DNA from: Bacteroidales bacterium
GTDB taxonomy: Bacteria > Bacteroidota > Bacteroidia > Bacteroidales > VadinHA17
Direction: 5' to 3'
Length of the DNA: 64,000 bases
Assembly: GCA_034522515.1 (NCBI GenBank)
Contig: JAXHLF010000027.1
Coordinates: 38,886-102,885 of the forward strand
The notes below the pieces were generated by a model. That model saw only the letters and a list, made by a program, of their open reading frames with translations, did no database searches and was not told the origin of the DNA. The position numbers and the translations under genes are program-made. Positions 10,496 through 19,083 of the stretch are shown in pieces. Each line of letters starts with the position of its first letter. The stretch's first letter is position 1.

Positions 10496-11827
10496 ATGAA
10501 ATCACTTAAGATCTTTGCACTGGTTGCCTCGCTGATGTTGCCTTTTATAGCCGGCGGCCAGGAACCGAGGCCGTTTTTCATCCCGGTCCAGCGGTCTGAT
10601 TCAGTTCTAATGGCAGGCCAGCAGCCGGATTCGGTTCACAAGGCAGGCCAGCGGTCGGATTCAGTTCTAATGGCAGGCCAGCTACCGGATTCGGTTCTCA
10701 TTGCAGGCCAGCTGCCGGATTCGGTTCACAATGCAGGTCAGCAGGCTGATTCGGTTCTTACACTTTTATTCGCCGGAGACATCATGGGTCACGACGGCCA
10801 GATAGCAGCTGCCCTGAATGACTCGACCGGAACCTATTCGTATGACAGTGTATTCAAATATATCTCGCCTCTTATTACCGGCACTGACGTTGCCATTGGT
10901 AATCTGGAGGTCACCCTCGGGGGTGCTCCCTACAGGGGGTACCCGGCCTTCAGCTCACCGGATGCCCTTGCGGTGGCTTGCATGAATGCTGGTTTTGACA
11001 TACTGGTGACGGCAAACAACCACTCCGCCGACCGGGGAACAAAGGGCCTTGTCCGGACCATCAGGGTGCTTGACAGTCTTGGCATAAGACATACAGGCAC
11101 ATGGATCAGCAGTGAGGCAAGAGACAGCCTGTTACCACTGATGATAAACCATGACAGCATGCAGGTCGCACTGCTCGGATATACTTACGGCACCAACGGT
11201 ATAGTGGTGCCACCCCCTGCAATCGTCTCCTATATTGACACCGTCAGGGCAGCCGCGGAAATAAAGAAATCAATTGATGCCGGCGCTGACAAGACGATCA
11301 TATTCATTCACTGGGGAACGGAATATGACACTCTCCCCGACCTGCAACAGAAGAAGGCTGCAGCTGCCCTTCTCAGAGGCGGCGCTGACATCATCATCGG
11401 ATCTCATCCGCATGTGCTCCAGCCAATGATCGCAGAGACAGATTCATGCGGATTCAAAAATCCGGTGGTATGGTCAATGGGGAACTTCGTCTCCAACCAG
11501 CGTACCCGCAGAAGGGACGGCGGAGCAATGATAAGGCTCGATCTGAAGGTAAGGGGTGACACTGCTTTTATCTCTGATGCCGGTTATGTCCTGACATGGG
11601 TCTATACCCCCACCGAAGAGGGGAAACGGAAGTTTTACATTCTGCCCTGCGCTGCCTTCGAGCACCTGCCTGAATTCTTCCAGTCTCCCTCACAGTATGA
11701 GGCTATGATGGTTTATATAAGGGATGCAAGAAGGCTCCTTGACAGTTTAAACAAGGGATTCAGGGAGATGACTTACTCCCGGGGAAACTGGATCAGGTTA
11801 GAGAGAGAGCCCGTGTCGCTTAATTAG
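10496..11827 (+). CDS. CapA/PGA_cap family metallophosphoesterase-fold protein with N-terminal repeat linker
   Basis: FAGDIMGH, GNLE, ANNHS.DRG, IHWG.EY, GSHPHV, SMGNFVSNQ. Confidence 0.9.
   Translation: MKSLKIFALVASLMLPFIAGGQEPRPFFIPVQRSDSVLMAGQQPDSVHKAGQRSDSVLMAGQLPDSVLIAGQLPDSVHNAGQQADSVLTLLFAGDIMGHDGQIAAALNDSTGTYSYDSVFKYISPLITGTDVAIGNLEVTLGGAPYRGYPAFSSPDALAVACMNAGFDILVTANNHSADRGTKGLVRTIRVLDSLGIRHTGTWISSEARDSLLPLMINHDSMQVALLGYTYGTNGIVVPPPAIVSYIDTVRAAAEIKKSIDAGADKTIIFIHWGTEYDTLPDLQQKKAAAALLRGGADIIIGSHPHVLQPMIAETDSCGFKNPVVWSMGNFVSNQRTRRRDGGAMIRLDLKVRGDTAFISDAGYVLTWVYTPTEEGKRKFYILPCAAFEHLPEFFQSPSQYEAMMVYIRDARRLLDSLNKGFREMTYSRGNWIRLEREPVSLN
10589..10759 (+). repeat. 30-bp coding tandem repeat x~6 (QxxDSVxxAG)
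   Basis: QRSDSVLMAG QQPDSVHKAG QRSDSVLMAG QLPDSVLIAG QLPDSVHNAG QQADSVL. Confidence 0.93.
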
Positions 11828-11853
11828 TATCTTTGCAGAGTTTTATACCGGAC

Positions 11854-12564
11854 ATGGAGGAATCGACAATACTTCTTGCTATTACCGCAGTCACCATCGG
11901 GTTTATACATACCCTCATCGGACCTGACCACTACCTGCCTTTCATCGTCATGGGAGAGGCACGCGCATGGAGCATTAAAAAGACAATGTTCATTACCTTC
12001 CTCTGCGGAGTGGGGCATGTGCTCAGCTCAATCGTAGTGGGATTAATAGGCATAGCTGCAGGACTTTCGATTTCAAAACTTGAGTTCTTTGAATCATTCA
12101 GGGGGAACATCGCAGCATGGCTTCTGATAGCTTTCGGCATTGTTTACATGGTGATCAGCCTGCGCGCACTCTACCGGAAGAAGAAACACCTGCACGGGCA
12201 TCACCACCCCGACGGTACGGATCATGAGCATGAACATGACCATTTCAGCGGCCATTCTCATATTCATGTCAGTGACAGGAAGAACCTGACGCCCTGGATA
12301 CTGTTCCTCATTTTTGTCCTGGGTCCGTGCGAGCCGCTCATTCCCATCCTGATGTACCCTGCCGCCGAGAACAACATCAGCGGTGTGATCCTCGTCTCAC
12401 TGCTCTTCTCTGTTGTCACCATAGCCACCATGATGACGGTTGTGCTTGCCTTCAGGCTTGGCCTGAGCCGGATAAACCTGAGACCGCTCGAACGGTATGT
12501 CAACGTAATTGCCGGAGCCACAATTGCAGTATCCGGACTTGCCATCCAGGTTCTTGGTCTCTGA
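11854..12564 (+). CDS. Ni/Co transporter-like membrane protein (NiCoT/UreH/RcnA-like) with His-rich loop
   Basis: HTLIGPDH (HX4DH), CG.GH, His-rich loop HLHGHHHPDGTDHEHEHDH, GPCEP. Confidence 0.75.
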   Translation: MEESTILLAITAVTIGFIHTLIGPDHYLPFIVMGEARAWSIKKTMFITFLCGVGHVLSSIVVGLIGIAAGLSISKLEFFESFRGNIAAWLLIAFGIVYMVISLRALYRKKKHLHGHHHPDGTDHEHEHDHFSGHSHIHVSDRKNLTPWILFLIFVLGPCEPLIPILMYPAAENNISGVILVSLLFSVVTIATMMTVVLAFRLGLSRINLRPLERYVNVIAGATIAVSGLAIQVLGL

Positions 12565-12601
12565 GATCATTTTTATTGTTAGTTTTGCCAAAATTTACCA
12601 G

Positions 12602-13264
12602 ATGAGTTTCGACTACAACACACAGAGAAAAAGAATGTCCCTTCCTGAATATGGAAGAAACGTTCTGAAAATGATAGAACATATCAAAACCATAAAAGAT
12701 CCGGACGAGAGGAGCCGGGCTGCCAAGACCATAATCCAGATCATGGGCAACCTCAATCCGAACCTGAGGGAGGTGACAGACTTCAGGCACAAGCTCTGGG
12801 ATCATCTTATGATCATTGCCGATTTCGATCTCGATGTCGACTCGCCCTATCCGGCACCTGACCGCTCGAAGCTCGATGCCAAGCCCAACAAGGTGCCATA
12901 TCATAACGGCGACATCAGATATGCTCATTACGGCCAGATAGTTCCCGCCCTGATAGAAGCCGCGTCGGCAATGGAAGACGGAGAGGAGAAGGACTATCTG
13001 ACAACCCTCATTCTCAATCAGATGAAGAAGGACTATCTCACCTGGAACAAGACCCAGGTGGCTGACGACCTGATCATCAGAGACCTGATGGATATGTCAG
13101 GCAACCGGCTGAAGGTCCCCGAAAATTTCAAAATGCCAGACGTAAAAGAGCTTCTTGCACCACCGAAGAGCAAGACCCAGAGCAGGTACCAGGGAAGACC
13201 CCAGGACAAGTACCAGGGGCGGTCAAACAAACAGGGTAAGAAAAAACACAAGAACGGGTATTAA
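12602..13264 (+). CDS. DUF4290 family protein
   Basis: DYNTQR...LPEYGR, HKLWDHL..I..F.LDVDSPY; basic tail. Confidence 0.85.
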   Translation: MSFDYNTQRKRMSLPEYGRNVLKMIEHIKTIKDPDERSRAAKTIIQIMGNLNPNLREVTDFRHKLWDHLMIIADFDLDVDSPYPAPDRSKLDAKPNKVPYHNGDIRYAHYGQIVPALIEAASAMEDGEEKDYLTTLILNQMKKDYLTWNKTQVADDLIIRDLMDMSGNRLKVPENFKMPDVKELLAPPKSKTQSRYQGRPQDKYQGRSNKQGKKKHKNGY

Positions 13265-13283
13265 CGATTTCAAACCTGAGGCC

Positions 13284-13667
13284 ATGAGCATCACCACTGT
13301 AAAAACATATGACGCCCCTCTTCCGGGAGGCCATTACTCCCAGGCTGTTGTCTCAGGGAATGTGATCTACGTCTCTGGCCAGCTGCCCGTTATCCCTCTG
13401 ACCGGTGACAAGCTGGCCGGGGATATCCACGACCAGACTCTGCAGGCCCTGAAAAACGTGCTCAGCATTGTCAGGGCTGCCGGCGGTGACATCACAACCA
13501 TTGCACGTACAACCATCTATACCACTGACGTAAAGTTCTGGGAGGAGGTCAACAGGGTATATGCCGATTTCTTCGGTCCGGTTCAGCCGGCGAGATCAAT
13601 CATCTCAGTGGCAGCCCTTCATCGCGGATGCCTGGTTGAGATAGAAGCAGTGGCTTTCACTCTCTGA
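13284..13667 (+). CDS. RidA/YjgF family enamine deaminase
   Basis: AP.P.GHYSQA, YVSGQLP, N.VY..FF...PARS, VEIEAVA. Confidence 0.9.
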   Translation: MSITTVKTYDAPLPGGHYSQAVVSGNVIYVSGQLPVIPLTGDKLAGDIHDQTLQALKNVLSIVRAAGGDITTIARTTIYTTDVKFWEEVNRVYADFFGPVQPARSIISVAALHRGCLVEIEAVAFTL

Positions 13668-13669
13668 AT

Positions 13670-13710
13670 TGCCACTTTGTCATGTTTATCATCGTGGCCG
13701 GCATTTTGCT
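13670..13710 (+). promoter_or_regulatory. TGNCA-N3-TGNCA box plus sigma-54 (-24/-12) promoter of grpE-dnaJ
   Basis: TGCCACTTTGTCA (13670-13682), 12-bp gap, TGGCCGGCATTTTGCT (13695-13710). Confidence 0.65.
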
Positions 13711-13738
13711 TATGGGCCATTATTAAAGTATTTTTATC

Positions 13739-14329
13739 ATGGTGAAAAAGAGAAGTCACGAAGAGAGGCATGAGGAATCCATGCCCACGAATGAAACAGA
13801 TGAAAATCAGACCACTGCAGAGACGGAAACGTCAGGCCGGACAACACCGCCCGGTGATGGTGAATCTTCAGTGAAGCACCAGGCCGGGGAGGAACTGCCG
13901 GGAAAACTGACAGAAATGCAGGACAGGTATCTCCGTCTTTCAGCCGAGTTTGACAATTACAGGAAGAGGACACTCCGGGAAAAGATAGAACTTTCGCAGT
14001 CAGGCGGCGAATCGGTGATCAACAAACTGCTCCCGATAATAGATGACTTTGACAGGGCCATGATCTCAATGCGTGCCACCGAAGACTGCAACGCGGTGAA
14101 GGCGGGTCTGGAGCTTATCTATGTCAAGATAAATGATTTCCTCAGGCAGAACGGAGTGAAAGAGATTGAAGCCGTTAATGAGCCCTTCAACAGTGACCTT
14201 CATGAAGCTGTGACGAGTTTCACTGTTGAGGATGAAGCCCTGAAAGGAAAGATTATCGAGGTAACACAGAAAGGATATACCCTGAATGAGAAAGTAATCC
14301 GCTTCCCAAAGGTGGTAGTGGGTGAATAA
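13739..14329 (+). CDS. grpE: Nucleotide exchange factor GrpE
   Basis: YLRLSAEFDNYRKR, LLP.IDDF.RA, HEAV, KGYTLN.KVIR..KVVV. Confidence 0.96.
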   Translation: MVKKRSHEERHEESMPTNETDENQTTAETETSGRTTPPGDGESSVKHQAGEELPGKLTEMQDRYLRLSAEFDNYRKRTLREKIELSQSGGESVINKLLPIIDDFDRAMISMRATEDCNAVKAGLELIYVKINDFLRQNGVKEIEAVNEPFNSDLHEAVTSFTVEDEALKGKIIEVTQKGYTLNEKVIRFPKVVVGE

Positions 14330-14351
14330 CAGTATAGTTCTGCACTGAAAC

Positions 14352-15500
14352 ATGTCGAAAAGAGACTATTACGAAGTATTGGGCCTTAGCAAGGGAGCCT
14401 CGAAGGATGAGATAAAGAAGGCCTACCGCAAGCAGGCACTCAAGTTTCATCCTGACAAGAACCCGGGCGACAAGGATGCCGAGGAGAAATTCAAGGAGGC
14501 AGCTGAGGCCTACGAGGTTCTCAGCAATGATGACAAGAAGGCCCGGTATGACCAGTTCGGGCATGCCGGTATGGGCAATAATATGGGTGGCGGCTTCGGT
14601 GGCGGAATGACCATGGAAGACATCTTCTCCTCATTCGGAGATATCTTTGGCGACGCCTTCGGCGGAGCCTTCGGCTCGCGCAGGGGCGGGGGACGTTCAC
14701 GCAACGTCAACAGGGGGACAAACCTGAGGATGAAGGTCAAGCTCACCCTCGAAGAGTTCGCCCACGGTGCAGAGAAGAAAGTCAAAGTATCCAAGTATGT
14801 CACATGCAATACCTGCCACGGCTCCGGCGCAGCCACCGACAACGATGTGACAACATGCACCGCCTGCAAGGGTACAGGGCATACCACACGTGTGATGAAC
14901 ACCATCCTGGGGCAGATGCAGACTACCGCCGCCTGTAATGTATGCGGCGGCGAGGGTAAGGTGATAACAAAAAAATGCCACAAGTGCTACGGCGAGGGCA
15001 TAACCCAGGCGGAAGAGGTGATACCTCTCTCAATACCTGCAGGACTCTCTCCCGGCATGCAGCTGTCGGTAACGGGCAAGGGCAACGCCGCACGCCGCGG
15101 CGGCGTCAACGGAGACCTCATAGTGGTCATTGACGAGGAGCCGCATGAACAGCTGTTGCGCGAGGGCAATGACCTCATCTTTAACCTTTTCATCAGCATC
15201 CCGGATGCCATCCTGGGCTCCAACGTTGAGGTGCCCACCATCGACGGCAAGGTGAGAATCAAGATAGACCCCGGAACACAGGGAGGAAAGATACTGCGCC
15301 TCAGGGGCAAGGGCCTGCCCGACGTGAACGGCTACGGCAAGGGAGACCTGCTCGTTAACGTGAACGTCTGGATCCCGAAAAACCTTAGCAAAGAGGAACA
15401 GAAAACCATTGAACAGTACCGCAACTCAGCTACTTTCACACCCAGACCCGATGCCGATGACAAGGGATTCTTCGACAGGGTCAAGAACTACTTTTCCTAG
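14352..15500 (+). CDS. dnaJ: Chaperone DnaJ
   Basis: J-domain HPD, G/F region, four CxxCxGxG repeats. Confidence 0.97.
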   Translation: MSKRDYYEVLGLSKGASKDEIKKAYRKQALKFHPDKNPGDKDAEEKFKEAAEAYEVLSNDDKKARYDQFGHAGMGNNMGGGFGGGMTMEDIFSSFGDIFGDAFGGAFGSRRGGGRSRNVNRGTNLRMKVKLTLEEFAHGAEKKVKVSKYVTCNTCHGSGAATDNDVTTCTACKGTGHTTRVMNTILGQMQTTAACNVCGGEGKVITKKCHKCYGEGITQAEEVIPLSIPAGLSPGMQLSVTGKGNAARRGGVNGDLIVVIDEEPHEQLLREGNDLIFNLFISIPDAILGSNVEVPTIDGKVRIKIDPGTQGGKILRLRGKGLPDVNGYGKGDLLVNVNVWIPKNLSKEEQKTIEQYRNSATFTPRPDADDKGFFDRVKNYFS

Positions 15501-15520
15501 CGGCGTAAACACTGAATATA

Positions 15521-15561
15521 AGGGTTGATGCGTGACCGGAGGCACGTATCAACCTTTTTTT
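15521..15561 (+). terminator. Intrinsic terminator after dnaJ
   Basis: GGTTGATGCGTG...CACGTATCAACC stem followed by a T-run. Confidence 0.75.
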
Positions 15562-15606
15562 ATATCTTTGAATTTCCCGGACTAAAGACCAAATCGTGGA
15601 AAGAAT

Positions 15607-16533
15607 ATGATATTATTTGAAGCACAAAACGTGACCAAACGCTTTGCGACCCAGACAGCACTTGATGGCGTCAGCATAAGCGTCCCTGAGAAGAGCATCT
15701 ATGGACTTCTCGGCCCAAACGGCGCCGGAAAGACAACCCTGATCAGGATAATCAACCAGATAACCGCTCCTGACAGCGGTTCACTGTTTATCAACGGCCG
15801 CCCTCTGAAGCCATCCGATGTGCATAACATAGGATACCTGCCTGAAGAACGCGGCCTCTACAAGAAGATGAAGGTGGGCGAACAGGCTCTTTACCTGGCC
15901 CAGCTCAAGGGACTCAGCCATGCAGAAGCCATGCGCCGCCTCAAATACTGGTTCAAAAAACTGGAGATAACCGGATGGTGGGACAAGAAGGTGGAGGAGC
16001 TGTCAAAAGGCATGCAGCAGAAGGTGCAGTTCGTTACAACAATGCTGCATGAGCCGCAATTGCTCATCTTCGATGAACCCTTCACAGGATTCGACCCGAT
16101 AAACGTCAAACAGATAAAGGATGAGATACTCTTCCTGAGGGACCGGGGAGCAACAATCATCTTCTCAACTCATAACATGAGCTCGGTGGAGGAGCTGTGT
16201 GACAACATCACCCTGATCAACAAGGCTAACACAATACTTGAGGGGAGCGTTGAAAAGATACGAAGCGAATGGGCTGCAAATGAATACGACATTGTTTTTG
16301 CCGGTGAGGTAACCCCGTCAGGCAACGGCCACTTCTCCGTCCTGAGTTCAGCCTATGAGGACGGGAAGACCGCAGTGCGCATCAAGGCTGCAGAATCAGC
16401 AGAGACAAACGCAATAATAGGGTCCATGACCTCCACGGGCAAGGTTGTGTCATTTAATCCGTCACTCCCGTCAATGAATGAGATATTCATCAGGGTTGTG
16501 GAAAAGAAGAACAAGGAAGCTGCAAAAAACTGA
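15607..16533 (+). CDS. ABC-2 type exporter ATP-binding protein (NatA/YhaQ-like)
   Basis: GPNGAGKTT, GYLPEERGLY, LSKGMQQK, DEPF.G.DP. Confidence 0.9.
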   Translation: MILFEAQNVTKRFATQTALDGVSISVPEKSIYGLLGPNGAGKTTLIRIINQITAPDSGSLFINGRPLKPSDVHNIGYLPEERGLYKKMKVGEQALYLAQLKGLSHAEAMRRLKYWFKKLEITGWWDKKVEELSKGMQQKVQFVTTMLHEPQLLIFDEPFTGFDPINVKQIKDEILFLRDRGATIIFSTHNMSSVEELCDNITLINKANTILEGSVEKIRSEWAANEYDIVFAGEVTPSGNGHFSVLSSAYEDGKTAVRIKAAESAETNAIIGSMTSTGKVVSFNPSLPSMNEIFIRVVEKKNKEAAKN

Positions 16534-16536
16534 GCC

Positions 16537-17892
16537 ATGAACAAAATATCATTAATAATCCGCAGGGAGTACATAACCAGGGTTCGCAAGAAGTCATTCA
16601 TCGTAATGACCCTGCTGACACCGTTCCTCTTTGCGATGATCTTCGTTATCCCGGCACTGGTCATGTCAAACGATGACAAGAATTTCAAGAAGATCGCAGT
16701 CATTGAGGACGGTGCCGACCTCTTCACCAACGTTATAACTGACACAAAGGATACTGATTTCGAGTATCTTCCAGGCGTGAGGGTCGATGACATCAAGAGC
16801 AATTTCACTGAACTGGGCTATTACGGCGTGCTCTACATATCACCCCAGGTAATCACCACACCAAACGCCATTCAGCTTATCTCCAGGCAACAGCCGCCGA
16901 TAGGTCTTCTTGACCATATCTCCGGTTCGCTGGAGAGGGAGATTGAGAAACAGAAACTACTGGCATACAACATTGAAAACCTCGATGAGATCCTCAAGAC
17001 AATAAACACCAGTGTCAAAATCCAGACCATAAAGATTGATGAAACAGGCAGCGCCAGGGAGACAAGCACAGGCATATCAATGGCCCTGGCATATATCAGC
17101 GGATTCCTGATGTACATGCTGGTATTCATGTTCGGCTCCATGGTGATGCGAGGGGTGATAGAGGAGAAGACCAACCGTATTGTGGAGGTGATTGTATCAT
17201 CTGTCAAACCCGTTCAGCTCATGCTTGGAAAAATCATTGGCGTTGCGCTCGTCGGCCTCACCCAGTTCGGCCTCTGGATATTTCTCACACTGGCCATAGT
17301 AATCGTGGTTAAGGCAACCTTGCTTCCTGACGCCACGATGGAACAGATACAGCAGCTGCCGCAGAGCATAGCCGGTAACACCCCGGTACTGGAAGGAACT
17401 GATGCAGCATCGATATCGGCAGAACAGATAAGCGAGTTCCAGTCTCTGTTTGCCAACGCCATGAACCAGCCGTGGGGACTGATCATTTTCTGCTTCGTCT
17501 TCTATTTCATCACCGGATACCTGCTTTATGCCTCCCTCTTTGCGGCAATCGGATCGGCGGTCGACAACGAGACGGAGACCCAGCAATTCATGCTGCCCGT
17601 AACCATACCCATAATACTCGGACTGATAGTGGCCATGGGAACAATGCAGAATCCCGAGAGCTCCATCTCATTCTGGTTCTCGATAATTCCTCTCACCTCC
17701 CCTATCGTGATGGTGGCCCGTATACCATTTGACGTCCCGGCCTGGGAGATAGCGCTCTCGATGGCCCTGATGATATTGACAATTATAGGAAGCGTATGGA
17801 TGGCAGCAAAGATATACCGCACCGGTATTCTGATGTACGGAAAGAAGTCATCGTACAAGGAAATTTGGAAGTGGCTGACATACAAAGGATAA
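16537..17892 (+). CDS. ABC-2 type exporter permease (NatB/YhaP-like)
   Basis: REY..RV.KKSF, V.EEK.NRIVEV, IP.TSP, KIYR.GILMYG. Confidence 0.9.
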   Translation: MNKISLIIRREYITRVRKKSFIVMTLLTPFLFAMIFVIPALVMSNDDKNFKKIAVIEDGADLFTNVITDTKDTDFEYLPGVRVDDIKSNFTELGYYGVLYISPQVITTPNAIQLISRQQPPIGLLDHISGSLEREIEKQKLLAYNIENLDEILKTINTSVKIQTIKIDETGSARETSTGISMALAYISGFLMYMLVFMFGSMVMRGVIEEKTNRIVEVIVSSVKPVQLMLGKIIGVALVGLTQFGLWIFLTLAIVIVVKATLLPDATMEQIQQLPQSIAGNTPVLEGTDAASISAEQISEFQSLFANAMNQPWGLIIFCFVFYFITGYLLYASLFAAIGSAVDNETETQQFMLPVTIPIILGLIVAMGTMQNPESSISFWFSIIPLTSPIVMVARIPFDVPAWEIALSMALMILTIIGSVWMAAKIYRTGILMYGKKSSYKEIWKWLTYKG

Positions 17893-17904
17893 ACAGGAGC
17901 TGAC

Positions 17905-19083
17905 ATGCCGAAGATATTGGTCATAGATGACGAAAGGTCAATCAGGAACACCCTGAAGGATGTACTTGAATACGAAAAATATGAGGTCGATCTCGCAGAG
18001 GAGGGTCCTGAAGGCATAGAGCGTTTCTCGCAGGGATCATATGATGCCGTCCTGTGTGACATCAAGATGGCGAAGATGGATGGTATTGAAGTCCTGCAGA
18101 AACTCCAGGAGCTGTCAACGGATGTACCTGTCATAATGATCTCAGGCCACGGGAACATCGATACCGCTGTTGACGCCATCAAGAAGGGAGCCTTTGATTT
18201 CCTGGAGAAGCCTCTTGATCTTAACCGTTTGCTGATCACAATACGCAACGCCCTTGAGAGAGGTTCGCTAATCTCCCAGACCAAGGTCCTGAAGAAACAG
18301 GTAAACAAAAAATTTGAAATTGTGGGTTCTTCCAGGGCCATTAAGACTGTCACGGAGATGATTGACAGGGTTGCTCCGACGGAGGCGCGGGTGCTCATCA
18401 CCGGGGCCAACGGCACCGGCAAGGAGCTTGTCGCCCACCAGATACATGAAAAGAGCAACCGCTCCAGGGGGCCTTTTGTGGAGGTCAACTGCGCCGCCAT
18501 ACCCTCGGAGCTGATCGAGAGTGAGCTCTTCGGGCATGAAAAGGGATCGTTCACCTCAGCCATCAAACAGCGCATCGGAAAATTTGAACAGGCCACCGGC
18601 GGAACCATCTTCCTCGACGAGGTTGGTGACATGAGCCTGGCGGCGCAGGCCAAGGTACTGAGGGCGCTGCAGGAGAGCAAGATAACAAGGGTGGGCTCCG
18701 ACAAAGACATTCATGTAGACGTCAGGGTCATAGCCGCAACCAACAAGAACATAAGGGATGAGATTGACCGCAACACCTTCCGCGAAGACCTTTATCACCG
18801 CCTGAGCGTCATACTGATACATGTGCCCACCCTAAACGAGAGAAGTAATGACATCCCCCTCCTGGCCGACCACTTCAACGCCCTCATCTGCGGTGATTAC
18901 GGCATGGGAAAGAAGAAGATAAAACCGGATGCCATCACCGAGCTGCAGAAGATAAAGTGGACTGGCAACATAAGAGAGTTCAGGAATGTGCTGGAGCGCC
19001 TTATCATCCTCTGTCCCGAGGAGATCACGGGCAGGGATGTGGTGGCTTATGCTCATCCTGTCTCAGGATTCGGAGAGATATGA
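17905..19083 (+). CDS. Sigma-54-interacting response regulator (NtrX-like), no evident C-terminal HTH
   Basis: Receiver domain, GANGTGKE, ESELFGHEKGSFTSA, FLDEVGDM, WTGNIRE. Confidence 0.9.
   Translation: MPKILVIDDERSIRNTLKDVLEYEKYEVDLAEEGPEGIERFSQGSYDAVLCDIKMAKMDGIEVLQKLQELSTDVPVIMISGHGNIDTAVDAIKKGAFDFLEKPLDLNRLLITIRNALERGSLISQTKVLKKQVNKKFEIVGSSRAIKTVTEMIDRVAPTEARVLITGANGTGKELVAHQIHEKSNRSRGPFVEVNCAAIPSELIESELFGHEKGSFTSAIKQRIGKFEQATGGTIFLDEVGDMSLAAQAKVLRALQESKITRVGSDKDIHVDVRVIAATNKNIRDEIDRNTFREDLYHRLSVILIHVPTLNERSNDIPLLADHFNALICGDYGMGKKKIKPDAITELQKIKWTGNIREFRNVLERLIILCPEEITGRDVVAYAHPVSGFGEI

Noticed and set aside
17526-18710. Long antisense ORFs (also 1781-2479, 39555-40623, 45965-46732 and others)
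   Set aside because: Shadow frames opposite well-conserved genes, with no recognisable motifs.
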